From an uncultured Bacillales bacterium (GTDB lineage: Bacteria; Bacillota_I; Bacilli_A; RFN20; CAG-449), in assembly GCA_945929875.1 (NCBI GenBank), contig CAMEOO010000001.1, forward strand, positions 73,765 to 137,764: a stretch of DNA of 64,000 nt, written 5' to 3'. Below are positions 37,607-46,934 of this stretch, one piece after another. Position numbers and translations under genes: made by a program. Each line of letters opens with the position of its first letter. Positions within the stretch are counted from its first letter, which is position 1. Under the pieces are notes generated by a model. The model made no database searches. It worked only from the letters and a program-made list of their open reading frames with translations, and was not told the origin of the DNA.

Positions 37607-40168
37607 TTAATCATTTATACCAGGAATAATTGATTCTTCTGGTTCAGAACCTACATTTCTATGAGCTTCTTTGATTTTATTTAATCTCTTTTTGCCTTTT
37701 TCTTTTTTCTTAGTTAATACTTTAGTCATTCTCTTAGCGCGATAAGAATAATATTTTTCTTCAAGTTTTAAACAAATTGGAGTAAATAAGAAACAAGTTA
37801 ACAAGGTAGCTAGAACAAGAGAAACAAGCATTCCACCAAATACGCTTACTAGATCTAAAGGAATAAAGAATGCCCCGACAATAATTAGCCCACAAGCTAC
37901 AGAAGAAATCGTAATGACACTACTTAAGCTTTCTTTATTTCCTCTTAGGATAATTTCTTTTCTTTGCTCGAATGTGGCAACTTTTGTTTTTGATTCACGA
38001 GTGAGCTTTTTAAATCTTGCTAGTAGAGGTATTTGAGAAATTGATGCAATTAGTAATCCCGAAGCAATTCCCATAAGTAGTAATGGAGAAGTTGGAATTC
38101 TAGCAATCGAGAATAATGCTACTGCAACTAAACCAGCAGGAATAATTGTGCTTAAAGAAGAAATACCATAACTAAATCTGTATCTAATTGTGAAGTAAAT
38201 TCCAGAAAGAAGACCAAACATAACTAAGGTTATTGCACTATATGTTAGGATGTAAGTTGGCATAGTTGATTTTGTGGTAGCGACAAATAACTCAACATTT
38301 TCTCCTTGTACTTCCTCTAAATTAAAGAATTTTTCTTCTAATGTATCATAGAAAGTATCATAATCAATACCTTGAGAATCAAATTCGATAGAGATGTAAG
38401 CCATAGTAGGTAAATCGTCACGGTTTTGAGGATCAAGGACAACGTTTTCAACTTTGTTGATTGAAATCATTGTTGGAGTTAAATCAAATTCGTTTTGGAA
38501 AAATTCATTAACTTCATCTTTAGTATCAAATACGTGGGTATTTCCACTAACTTCAGCAGTTATTTCCACTCTGGTAGTTGAATCAAATTCTGAAGTGTAG
38601 TTTAATGTGCCTACACCTGGAATTAAAGAAGTAACCAAAATTACAACAACAGAAACTGCGCTAGCAATTAAAGCAATTAATGAAACTTTCTTTCCTTCTC
38701 TATTTGGATTAAATTTGTACATGAAATTAAATTTCTTTTGAGTTTCATCTTTATTCGCGCTGATGAGGTCCTTATCTTTAACCATAAATATCTTTCTATT
38801 CTCAGCGACTTTTGAGGAAGTGAGCCACCACATTGTAAGCATCATCAAGAGTCTAGTTACAACATATGAAGCAATTGCACCGATTGTTAAAGTGATAGGT
38901 AATAATTTAACTTGGTTAATAGAAATTAAAATTGTAATAATGCTACTAATTAATGAACATACTAATACGTCAAGAGACAGAATTCTAGTTGATTTGAATG
39001 CTTCTGAATTTGCTTTAATAGGTGATTTACCTTTATATAATTCATCTTTAAAGTTTTCAAGTAATGGAACAATTAACGCTAGATTTAACGCCATGATAAT
39101 CAAGAATGATACTACGACCATCGTAGTAAGAGGATAACCAAAGAAGTTAAATACAACAATAGATAGCAAGTTACTAACTAAGAATGCGCTTGCTCCACAA
39201 AGTCCCGCTAAGCCATATCTCACAATTAAGAAAATGCAAGCAAGAAGTGTTAATACTGAAACACCGATTAATACGATGTTGAATGAATTGTTACCAAAAG
39301 TTGCATTAACTTTTTGAACGTAAAGGCGTCTTAACGAATAATCTTGTGGCTCATAATTTAATAATCTTTCAATTGTATGAGCGGAATCGCTAACCATTTG
39401 AATTTGATCAAAATCGTATCTATCAATTAATAATGAAGCAGTAGTAACTTTATCATTTAAATCTTTCTCTACCTTAAAATAAGAAGTAGGAACAATTGAT
39501 AAGATTTTTTCTTTGATTTTTTCTTGAATAACTTTATTTTCGTTTTCAAATGCATCAACATAGCTATCTGCTTCTGTTTTATCAAGCCAAATAACGACTA
39601 CACCATCGATTTTACTTGAATCTTCGCTATCTTCTAGATATTTGTTCTTAAATTCTTCGTATGCATTGTTACATGATGTAATAAAGTTATTAAATTTATC
39701 GTAATCTTTTACATCAACTTGAACATATGGAGTGCTTCCGGAATATTCAACTTTCGCACTGCCAATGACAAATGGGTCAGTAATTTCAATGTAGTCCCCT
39801 TCATCCATAACGCCAGATACTGTGATAGTTCCAGTAGCTTCTAATGAACGTAGAACATATTCAAAGTCATCTTCCGTTTGCGCATTTGTTTGAATTCTAA
39901 CTTGATGATTATCACCATTAGTGTCAACATCGCTAACAGATTCAATATTTGCGTTTCTCACGCCTGCATCTTCAATTCGATTAGTCAATATTTCGACAAT
40001 ATCTTCGATTGTCTTTGTACTTTCTTCAAAATCAATTTGATAAACAGCTTCATATCCAGTACCATACTCTAAACCTGACTTTAATGAACTTACTTGTAAT
40101 GGCGTACAAAATAAAACTGTACAAATTAAGGTTATTACTGTTGCAATATATCCGGCAAAACGTCGCAT
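37607..40168 (-). CDS. secDF: Fused protein translocase subunit SecDF
   Basis: 853 aa with two repeats of (large extracytoplasmic domain plus 5-6 TM bundle). The N-terminus reads SLKSGLEYGTGYEAVYQ (compare the SecD GLDLxGG region). It is adjacent to recJ as in Bacillus. Confidence 0.8.
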   Translation of the reverse strand: MRRFAGYIATVITLICTVLFCTPLQVSSLKSGLEYGTGYEAVYQIDFEESTKTIEDIVEILTNRIEDAGVRNANIESVSDVDTNGDNHQVRIQTNAQTEDDFEYVLRSLEATGTITVSGVMDEGDYIEITDPFVIGSAKVEYSGSTPYVQVDVKDYDKFNNFITSCNNAYEEFKNKYLEDSEDSSKIDGVVVIWLDKTEADSYVDAFENENKVIQEKIKEKILSIVPTSYFKVEKDLNDKVTTASLLIDRYDFDQIQMVSDSAHTIERLLNYEPQDYSLRRLYVQKVNATFGNNSFNIVLIGVSVLTLLACIFLIVRYGLAGLCGASAFLVSNLLSIVVFNFFGYPLTTMVVVSFLIIMALNLALIVPLLENFKDELYKGKSPIKANSEAFKSTRILSLDVLVCSLISSIITILISINQVKLLPITLTIGAIASYVVTRLLMMLTMWWLTSSKVAENRKIFMVKDKDLISANKDETQKKFNFMYKFNPNREGKKVSLIALIASAVSVVVILVTSLIPGVGTLNYTSEFDSTTRVEITAEVSGNTHVFDTKDEVNEFFQNEFDLTPTMISINKVENVVLDPQNRDDLPTMAYISIEFDSQGIDYDTFYDTLEEKFFNLEEVQGENVELFVATTKSTMPTYILTYSAITLVMFGLLSGIYFTIRYRFSYGISSLSTIIPAGLVAVALFSIARIPTSPLLLMGIASGLLIASISQIPLLARFKKLTRESKTKVATFEQRKEIILRGNKESLSSVITISSVACGLIIVGAFFIPLDLVSVFGGMLVSLVLATLLTCFLFTPICLKLEEKYYSYRAKRMTKVLTKKKEKGKKRLNKIKEAHRNVGSEPEESIIPGIND

Positions 40169-40329
40169 TTTTATTCCTCCGTTGTTCTATTTTTGATATT
40201 TCTAACTATGATTTATAGTAGTGATTGTCATTTTTCAATTATTTATTTTAATAAATAAAACAATTAAAATACGTAATCGCTAAACTACTATATCATTTAA
40301 GTTTATTATTTTCAATAATAAGGAGAAAA

Positions 40330-41658
40330 ATGAATAAAAAAAATCAATACATTTTACTCATTGAAGTTCTATTAATTGCATTATTTGCAAAAATACTTTC
40401 TCTTTCTAGTAAAATTATTATTACAAGAGAACTTGGTGTTGAAGCAATGTCACTTTTTTCTCTAGTGAATCCTTTGATACTGCTACTTTTGACCTTATCA
40501 TCTCTTTCTTTACAAAATACAATTGGATCCTTAATTGCTAAAAATATTAGAAAAAGAAAAATCATTTTAAAAAATGCGTTGATCATAACTATTTTTCTTT
40601 CTGGAATTTTAATTACTCTTCTAGCCGTTTTTTCATATTTTATAAGTAATCATCTTTTGAATAATATTAATACTTTCCCTTGTGTAATCGCTAGTATATT
40701 TGTTATTCCATTAACATCGATATCAAGTATCATCAAAGGTTATTTTATTGGGGTTGGTGAATTAAAATTAACCTCTTTTTCGCAAATATTCGAAGAATGT
40801 GGAAGATTATTATTTTTAATAATAATTTTATTGATTTTTCCAAGTCTTGAAGCCCCTTATAAAGCCTCTATCGCAGTTTTTTCATTATGTATAGGAGAAA
40901 TATTTCAAGTGATGTACATGTTATTATTCTACAAAAATTCTTCTTTTAAAAAATATAGAGAGTTCATTTACATCAACGATAAAAAAGATTCATATTTTCA
41001 CGAGATATTAAAATCATCTATTCCATTAACTTTATCTAGATTAGTGGGTTCACTAACTTATTTTGTCGAACCAATTTTATTTACTTCATTGATGTTAAAG
41101 AATCATTATCCAATAAATGAAATAACAATTTCTTATGGAATATTGAGTTCTTATGTGCTACCACTAGTCCTAATGCCTGGTTTTATTTCAGTTACATTAT
41201 CGAATTTACTAATTCCAAATCTTGGAAAAATGATAAGAAAAAAGCAATATGGCAAAGCTAAAAAATTCGTTTTAGAAATTTTCTTTTTATGTTTTTTTAT
41301 TGGACTAGTAATATCTTTAATTTTTAAGTTCTTCCCTAAAGAAATCACCACCATTATTTATAAAAACAATTATGGTGAAGAAATAATTAGAAAATACTCT
41401 CTATTTTTTATGATTTATTATATTGAAACACCTCTTATCACTTGTTTACTTTTTTTTAATCTTTCAAAAAAAGCTTTCCTCTCTACTTGTATCTCTTCAA
41501 TAATTAGAATAATATTAATTGTAATGCTTGTTGGAAAATATCAAATAGAAGGAGTTTTAATCGCATTAATAGTTTCAACTTACGTAGATGTTTTAATGAA
41601 TTTATTCTTCTTAATCTCATTTCTCATAAGGCAAAAGAAAAACTCCGTTTTCCTTTAA
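40330..41658 (+). CDS. spoVB: MOP-superfamily flippase, SpoVB-like
   Basis: 442 aa with ~12 TM helices. It lies between secDF and the yrbG/yrzE-like genes, the B. subtilis spoVB neighbourhood. It is shorter than B. subtilis SpoVB. Confidence 0.55.
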   Translation: MNKKNQYILLIEVLLIALFAKILSLSSKIIITRELGVEAMSLFSLVNPLILLLLTLSSLSLQNTIGSLIAKNIRKRKIILKNALIITIFLSGILITLLAVFSYFISNHLLNNINTFPCVIASIFVIPLTSISSIIKGYFIGVGELKLTSFSQIFEECGRLLFLIIILLIFPSLEAPYKASIAVFSLCIGEIFQVMYMLLFYKNSSFKKYREFIYINDKKDSYFHEILKSSIPLTLSRLVGSLTYFVEPILFTSLMLKNHYPINEITISYGILSSYVLPLVLMPGFISVTLSNLLIPNLGKMIRKKQYGKAKKFVLEIFFLCFFIGLVISLIFKFFPKEITTIIYKNNYGEEIIRKYSLFFMIYYIETPLITCLLFFNLSKKAFLSTCISSIIRIILIVMLVGKYQIEGVLIALIVSTYVDVLMNLFFLISFLIRQKKNSVFL

Positions 41659-42264
41659 TAATAGAAGAAAAATGTCATCAAATTTAGTAAAACCTTCTCT
41701 AAAAATTATTTTATATAAATCTTCTTTATTCATATTCAATCTTTTTAAAGTTTTGAAATTGACTTGACCATCTTCTATAACAGGTAAGGGATCAAGTAAA
41801 GAATTATCTTCTTTTAATATAACATTTAATTCACCGTTATTTTCTAAAATTGCAAATTGAACTTCATCAGGAGTTTGAACATCTTTCATTCTTAGTTGAA
41901 GAAGCAAATCATCGATGTTATATCGATTCTTTTTCATCTCTTTATCATTCAATTCCCCATTGTAAATAATAAAAGTAGGGCTACCTTCCATCGATTTTCT
42001 AAACTTTCGATTTTTTAACGAAATAAAAGCGGTAATTACTTGAAGGATGACAATTATAGTGATTGGAATTAAACTATGCAAAATGCTAGCTTTAGGCTCA
42101 TTTAAGCTTAAAGAGAATAATTCGCTGATAACAAAAAATACTACGATATCAAACGTCGACAATTTCCCAATTTCTCTTTTTCCCATTATTTTTAAAATAG
42201 CAATTAAAAAAGCATAGCAAATTAATGTTTTATAACTTAAATGAAAAATTTCTTCTAGACTCAT
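41617..42264 (-). CDS. DUF421 (YetF/YrbG, UPF0702) membrane protein
   Basis: 215 aa with GKREIGKLSTFDIVVFFV, typical of the DUF421 N-terminus, and a C-terminal YetF-like soluble domain. Its 3' end overlaps the spoVB-like 3' end by 42 nt. Confidence 0.7.
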   Translation of the reverse strand: MSLEEIFHLSYKTLICYAFLIAILKIMGKREIGKLSTFDIVVFFVISELFSLSLNEPKASILHSLIPITIIVILQVITAFISLKNRKFRKSMEGSPTFIIYNGELNDKEMKKNRYNIDDLLLQLRMKDVQTPDEVQFAILENNGELNVILKEDNSLLDPLPVIEDGQVNFKTLKRLNMNKEDLYKIIFREGFTKFDDIFLLLLKENGVFLLPYEK

Positions 42265-42317
42265 ATTTCCCTCTTCTAAAAATGAATGAATTTACATAAA
42301 TAATAATGAGGTGCATT

Positions 42318-42695
42318 ATGAAACGTAAATTCACTAATCTTAGTTTAACCTTTATTTCTGTAATTATTCTTGGGGTAATTTTTTCACTTACCATATCTTT
42401 ACTAAGTTCATTACAAGTAATTTCTATCACTTTAAACGATAATTTACTATTAGCTTTATCTCTAGTTTTATTTTTTATAATGGGTTTAATTTATGGGCTA
42501 ATCGAAAAGAAAAAAGGCCTTTTAAACGGCCTATTGTTAACTTGTATTTACCTAATTGTAATTTACTCGATTAAGTTAATTAATAAAGATTATCAAATCT
42601 CTTCAATTTATATTGTTTTAACTAGATCATTACTAATTATCATCGGATGCATAATTGGAGTAAATATCAAGAGTAAGAAAAATATTAATCCTTAG
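42318..42695 (+). CDS. Small four-TM membrane protein (YrzE-like by position)
   Basis: The start at 42318 (MKRKFTNL) follows GAGGTG; the ORF-track start is 42306. Hydrophobic throughout. Its 3' end overlaps the ruvB 3' end by 11 nt. Confidence 0.5.
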   Translation: MKRKFTNLSLTFISVIILGVIFSLTISLLSSLQVISITLNDNLLLALSLVLFFIMGLIYGLIEKKKGLLNGLLLTCIYLIVIYSIKLINKDYQISSIYIVLTRSLLIIIGCIIGVNIKSKKNINP

Positions 42696-43689
42696 TAAAT
42701 AAATCGATTTTAAAATGTTGATAAGCTTTTTCAGTAGCAATTCTTCCTCTTGGAGTCTTATTAATTAATCCAAGTTTTAAAAGATAAGGTTCACATACTT
42801 CTTCTAAGTTATTAATCTCTTCTCCAATAGTTGAGGCTAAAGTTTCTAGCCCTACTGGACCTCCATTAAATCTTTTGATCAAGGTTTTAATATATCTAGT
42901 ATCGACATCATCTAAACCACAAGAATCAATTTTTAACATTTCAAATGCTTTATTACAAATTTCAGTAGTAATTATTTCAGAATCTGAGAAAGAAGCAAAA
43001 TCCCTGACTCTTCGATAAATTCTATTGGCAATACGAGGGGTTCCTCGACTTCTTAAAGCGATTTCTTTAGATGCTTCATCATCGATTGGAGTTTGAAAAA
43101 CTTTACTAGTTCTTTTAACAATTTGTTCTAATTCTTCTAAGGTGTAATAATCTAAACGCGAAACTATCCCAAATCTATCTCTTAGTGGAGAAGATAGATC
43201 TCCCGGTCTAGTAGTGGCTCCAAAGAGAGTAAAAGGGGCTAGATCAATAGTAATATTTCTTGCATCTTCATCTCTACCTACCATTAATGTTAAAGTAAAA
43301 TCTTCCATGGCTCCATAAAGAATCTCTTCCACAACTCGAGGAAGGCGATGAATTTCATCAATAAATAAGATATCACCCGGATTAATGGTTGATAAGATTG
43401 CCGCAAGATCTCCTGGTTTTTCAATTGAAGGACCATTGACTAGTTTTATTTTTCCTCCCATCTCATTAGCGACTACATAAGCTAAAGTGGTTTTTCCAAG
43501 CCCTGGAGGTCCATAGACTAAAACGTGGTCTAGGGTTTCATTTCTTTTCTTCGCGGCAGAGATAAATATTTTTAAGTTTTCTTTTATTTGGCTTTGACCA
43601 ACATATTCATCTAATGTTAAAGGACGAAGAGAAACTTCTTCTTGTTTTTCTACTTCATTTTGATTTTCTGGACTAGTTAATTTCCCCAT
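42685..43689 (-). CDS. ruvB: Holliday junction branch migration helicase RuvB
   Basis: 334 aa with [20 protein letters not shown] and a C-terminal winged helix. Confidence 0.95.
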   Translation of the reverse strand: MGKLTSPENQNEVEKQEEVSLRPLTLDEYVGQSQIKENLKIFISAAKKRNETLDHVLVYGPPGLGKTTLAYVVANEMGGKIKLVNGPSIEKPGDLAAILSTINPGDILFIDEIHRLPRVVEEILYGAMEDFTLTLMVGRDEDARNITIDLAPFTLFGATTRPGDLSSPLRDRFGIVSRLDYYTLEELEQIVKRTSKVFQTPIDDEASKEIALRSRGTPRIANRIYRRVRDFASFSDSEIITTEICNKAFEMLKIDSCGLDDVDTRYIKTLIKRFNGGPVGLETLASTIGEEINNLEEVCEPYLLKLGLINKTPRGRIATEKAYQHFKIDLFTKD

Positions 43690-43692
43690 TTT

Positions 43693-44262
43693 TTACCCCT
43701 TTCGAATCATCTTTAAGATTTGAGTAACATATTGTTCGGTAGATAAAGAGTCGTCATTAATCTTTTTAATGCACTCTTCGATATCTTTAACTTTAAAGCC
43801 CAAATTTTTCAAAGCAGATTTTGCATCTTCTTGAGCTTTATTTAGTTTTAGTGTCGCTTTGTTTTCTTCAACTTTTAAAATTCCTTGTAAGTCAAGGATA
43901 ATTTGTGAAGCAGCCTTTGGTCCAATACCTGGAAGTTTCTTTAATCTTTTTACGTCGCTATTATTAATTGCGTCGATAAACTCTTCAATAGTGATATCTC
44001 TTAAAGCATTTAATGCAGTCTTTGGTCCAATACCTTTACAATCAATCAATTTGTTAAAGAGATCTTTTTCTTCCAAAGAAGAAAAACCAACAAAATATTG
44101 TTCATCTTCTCTAACGATATGAGAAACGTAGATTAATGATGTTTGCCCAACGCTATAAACTTCTGGATGTGACATTAAAATATGATAACCAATTCCAGAT
44201 ACATCGACTACCACGCTATCGATATATACTTCAACAATAGTACCTCTTACATAATAATACAT
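43693..44262 (-). CDS. ruvA: Holliday junction DNA-binding protein RuvA
   Basis: 189 aa with an OB N-domain and two HhH motifs (GIGPKTALN, LPGIGPKAASQI). Confidence 0.92.
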   Translation of the reverse strand: MYYYVRGTIVEVYIDSVVVDVSGIGYHILMSHPEVYSVGQTSLIYVSHIVREDEQYFVGFSSLEEKDLFNKLIDCKGIGPKTALNALRDITIEEFIDAINNSDVKRLKKLPGIGPKAASQIILDLQGILKVEENKATLKLNKAQEDAKSALKNLGFKVKDIEECIKKINDDSLSTEQYVTQILKMIRKG

Positions 44263-44354
44263 TAGCCTAAAATTACAAAAATAGAAAAAAGAATTAATAA
44301 ATTTAACAACGAAGATATTAAACCAATATGCACGCTAGAAAATTTCTCTTTCAT
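44262..44354 (-). CDS. Unannotated 30-codon hydrophobic micro-ORF coupled to ruvA
   Basis: Hand translation gives MKEKFSSVHIGLISSLLNLLILFSIFVILG*. SD AAGGAG lies 8 nt upstream, and a TATAAT (44382-44387) lies further upstream. Its TAA stop shares one nucleotide with the ruvA ATG. It is below the ORF-track length cut-off. Confidence 0.4.
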   Translation of the reverse strand: MKEKFSSVHIGLISSLLNLLILFSIFVILG

Positions 44355-44423
44355 ATTTCTGACTCCTTTTTCTCATTTTATATTATAAAAGATGATTATT
44401 CCATATTTCTTTTTCTTAATAAG

Positions 44424-44445
44424 AAAAAAAGTAGGTTTCCCTACT
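44424..44445 (-). terminator. Rho-independent terminator after obg
   Basis: Minus-strand stem AGUAGG / CCUACU (44430-44435 / 44440-44445) with a GAAA loop, followed by a U tract. It overlaps the obg TAG stop. Confidence 0.7.
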
Positions 44446-45715
44446 ATTCAAAATATTCAAATTCAAAATCGCAAAGATAAACATTATCTCCATCTTTTGC
44501 TCCTAATTCGTGAAGTTTTTCATCAACTCCTATATTTCTTAGAACTGATAATAATTTCATGACTCCTTCATCGGTAGAAACATTAATTAAAGAATAAGTT
44601 CTTTCAATTCTTTCCCCATAAATGCGATATTCATTTTGACTGATCTTTTTAATTTCAAACTCTGGTTTAAGATTTTTTTTCGCATCGTAAACTTTAATTT
44701 CTTGATCTTTTTCTTCATAAAGAGGAAATGATGGAGCTACGTCTAAGGTTTCCTTAATTTTATAAAGAAGTTCATCAATTCCTTCGTGTAATATAGCACA
44801 AATTGGTAGTACTTCATATTGTCCCTCTAAAGCTTTTTTTACTTCAAGATATTTTCTAGTTGTTTCCACGTCTTCAACTTTTGAGCAAACCACAATCATT
44901 TTTCTTTTTAATAAATTATATCCATATTCACCTAGTTCATTATTGATTACTTTAAAATCATTAAGAGGATCTTCGCTGTACATATCTAGAATATGAACAA
45001 GAACTCGACATCTTTCAATATGTCTTAAAAAGACTAAGCCTAAGCCTTTTCCTTGACTTGCTCCTTTTATTAATCCAGGTAAATCCGCCATAACAAAAGA
45101 AGAATCGCCTACTCTACAAACCCCTAAATTTGGGGATAATGTGGTAAAAGGATAATCGCCAATCTCTGGTTTAGCTGCACTGACTACGCTTAACAAGGTT
45201 GATTTACCAACACTAGGTAGACCTACTAAACCTACATCGGCTAAAAGTTTTAATTCAAGAGTTAAAGTTTTTTCTTCTCCAGGAAGACCATTTTCACTAA
45301 CGCGAGGGACTCGATTAGTAGGAGAGACAAAGCAAGCGTTACCTCTTCCACCTCTTCCTCCTTTTGCACCTAGATAAATTTGTCCTTCTTTAGAAAGGTC
45401 CGCTAAAAAGGTATGTTCTGGTTCTTGGAAGATGACGGTTCCAACTGGAACATTAAGATAAACATCTTCTGCTTTTCGTCCATACATTTTTTTCTTTTCG
45501 CCTTTTCCTCCATCATTTGCGGAGACTTTTCTGGCATGACGATAATTAATTAAGGTAGTTTCATCATTTGTGGCTTTAAAGTAAATACTTCCTCCTCGAC
45601 CACCATTTCCTCCATCTGGTCCACCTTTTTCAATAAATTTTTCATGAAGAAAAGAAATGGCACCATCTCCACCTTTTCCGGCCTTTAGAGTGATTTTTGC
45701 TTTATCGATAAACAT
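44444..45715 (-). CDS. obg: GTPase Obg/CgtA
   Basis: MFIDKAKITLKAGKGGDG N-terminus (start 45713-45715, 5 nt after GGAGG; the ORF-track start at 45727 lies inside the SD), GLPSVGKSTLL, DLPGLIKGAS and a C-terminal TGS-like OCT domain. Confidence 0.93.
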   Translation of the reverse strand: MFIDKAKITLKAGKGGDGAISFLHEKFIEKGGPDGGNGGRGGSIYFKATNDETTLINYRHARKVSANDGGKGEKKKMYGRKAEDVYLNVPVGTVIFQEPEHTFLADLSKEGQIYLGAKGGRGGRGNACFVSPTNRVPRVSENGLPGEEKTLTLELKLLADVGLVGLPSVGKSTLLSVVSAAKPEIGDYPFTTLSPNLGVCRVGDSSFVMADLPGLIKGASQGKGLGLVFLRHIERCRVLVHILDMYSEDPLNDFKVINNELGEYGYNLLKRKMIVVCSKVEDVETTRKYLEVKKALEGQYEVLPICAILHEGIDELLYKIKETLDVAPSFPLYEEKDQEIKVYDAKKNLKPEFEIKKISQNEYRIYGERIERTYSLINVSTDEGVMKLLSVLRNIGVDEKLHELGAKDGDNVYLCDFEFEYFE

Positions 45716-45748
45716 AACTACCTCCAATAATATTCTTTACATTTTTTT

Positions 45749-45778
45749 AAAAAAAGCACCTAAATAATTAAGTGCTTT
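45749..45778 (-). terminator. Terminator after the rplU-prp-rpmA operon
   Basis: Minus-strand stem AAAGCAC / GUGCUUU (45753-45759 / 45772-45778) with a 12-nt loop, followed by a U tract. Confidence 0.55.
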
Positions 45779-45788
45779 ACAATCTAAT

Positions 45789-46079
45789 TTATTTAGCTTC
45801 GACTGGGTAAACGCAAGCTTTTGTTCTTTTCTTACCCCAGCGTTCGTATTTGACGATTCCATCGCATGTAGCGAAGATTGTATCGTCTCCACCCTTCATT
45901 GTATTAACGCCTGGATAAATTTTTGTTCCACGTTGACGGTAAATAATTGAACCTGCAGTTGCGAATTGGCCATCGGATTTTTTAGCACCTAAACGTTTTG
46001 ATTCTGAATCACGTCCGTTTTTAGTTGATCCAACACCTTTTTTAGAAGCAAATAATTGGATATTTAATTTAAACAACAT
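45789..46079 (-). CDS. rpmA: 50S ribosomal protein L27 (with Prp-cleaved N-terminal extension)
   Basis: [31 protein letters not shown]. The Firmicute pro-peptide precedes the conserved ASKK start. Confidence 0.95.
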   Translation of the reverse strand: MLFKLNIQLFASKKGVGSTKNGRDSESKRLGAKKSDGQFATAGSIIYRQRGTKIYPGVNTMKGGDDTIFATCDGIVKYERWGKKRTKACVYPVEAK

Positions 46080-46094
46080 TTTGCAACCTCCTTT

Positions 46095-46391
46095 TTACTT
46101 AATGTTAATATATTTTGGATAACTTTCTTCAATAGTCAATAACTGTATTTCGATTACTCTTAGTACTTGTAGTGAAATACTAGCACTTTCATTGACCATC
46201 ACTTTAGCGTATCCTTCTTCTAAAATGACTTCTTCGATTTCATCTTTGACTAATGCATTGAATCCACCGGTTAGAATTGAAGATACAGCAGCGCAGATGA
46301 GATCTTTGCCACTTTCATTCGAATTTGCGTGTCCTTTAACTTCAAGTCCACATAAAACGTTATTCGAATAGATTCTTTTTACTTTAATCAT
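46095..46391 (-). CDS. prp: Ribosomal-processing cysteine protease Prp (YsxB)
   Basis: 98 aa with GHANSNESGKDLICAAVSSIL (conserved His/Cys region), between rplU and rpmA. Confidence 0.85.
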   Translation of the reverse strand: MIKVKRIYSNNVLCGLEVKGHANSNESGKDLICAAVSSILTGGFNALVKDEIEEVILEEGYAKVMVNESASISLQVLRVIEIQLLTIEESYPKYINIK

Positions 46392-46393
46392 GA

Positions 46394-46702
46394 TTAAGCA
46401 TTGATTGATTCAATAGTTAAACAAGTATATGGTTGACGATGTCCTTGTTTTCTACGATAGTTAGCTTTGCTCTTATATTTGAAAACCAAGATTTTTCTTT
46501 CTTTACCTTGTTTTTCAACTTTAGCAACAACGCTAGCACCTTCAACGTAAGGTGTTCCAACCTTAGCTTCTTGATCGCTAACAAGTAAAACTTTGTCAAA
46601 TGTATAAGTAGATCCAACTTCTACGTCTAATTTTTCAACGTAAACTTTTGAGCCAACTTCTACTTTAACTTGCTTTCCGCCAGTTTCAATAATTGCGTAC
46701 AT
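46394..46702 (-). CDS. rplU: 50S ribosomal protein L21
   Basis: [17 protein letters not shown]... and ...[12 protein letters not shown]. Confidence 0.95.
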   Translation of the reverse strand: MYAIIETGGKQVKVEVGSKVYVEKLDVEVGSTYTFDKVLLVSDQEAKVGTPYVEGASVVAKVEKQGKERKILVFKYKSKANYRRKQGHRQPYTCLTIESINA

Positions 46703-46835
46703 TTAAGTTACCTCCTATTTTCTATAGACTTAGACTCGCTCTTAAGGTCGAATAGTTAATACCTTTTCAATGCGGTTGAGGCCCTCTATTAGGCGACAAC
46801 ATTTGTAATTTATCATAAAGGGAAATATTATTCAA
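46703..46835 (-). promoter_or_regulatory. rplU promoter plus ~100-nt structured 5' leader (possible L21-leader-type autoregulatory RNA)
   Basis: Minus strand: TTGAAT (46830-46835), 17-nt spacer, TGATAAATT (extended -10; -10 hexamer at 46807-46812). The leader is relatively GC-rich for this genome (GAGGGCCUCAACCGC...). Bacilli are known to carry an L21 leader here. I could not verify the fold by eye. Confidence 0.4.
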
Positions 46836-46934
46836 CTAATTATTGCAAAATCGAAATAATTTTGTGACTTACAATTCAAAATAAATAAACTTACCTGTAA
46901 AAAAGCAGTAATTTATAATATTTATAAAATTTTT

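Noticed and set aside
42230-42430. 66-aa minus-strand ORF spanning the DUF421 5' end and the yrzE-like 5' end
   Set aside because: It overlaps two better-supported genes and the divergent promoter region, and it has no SD.
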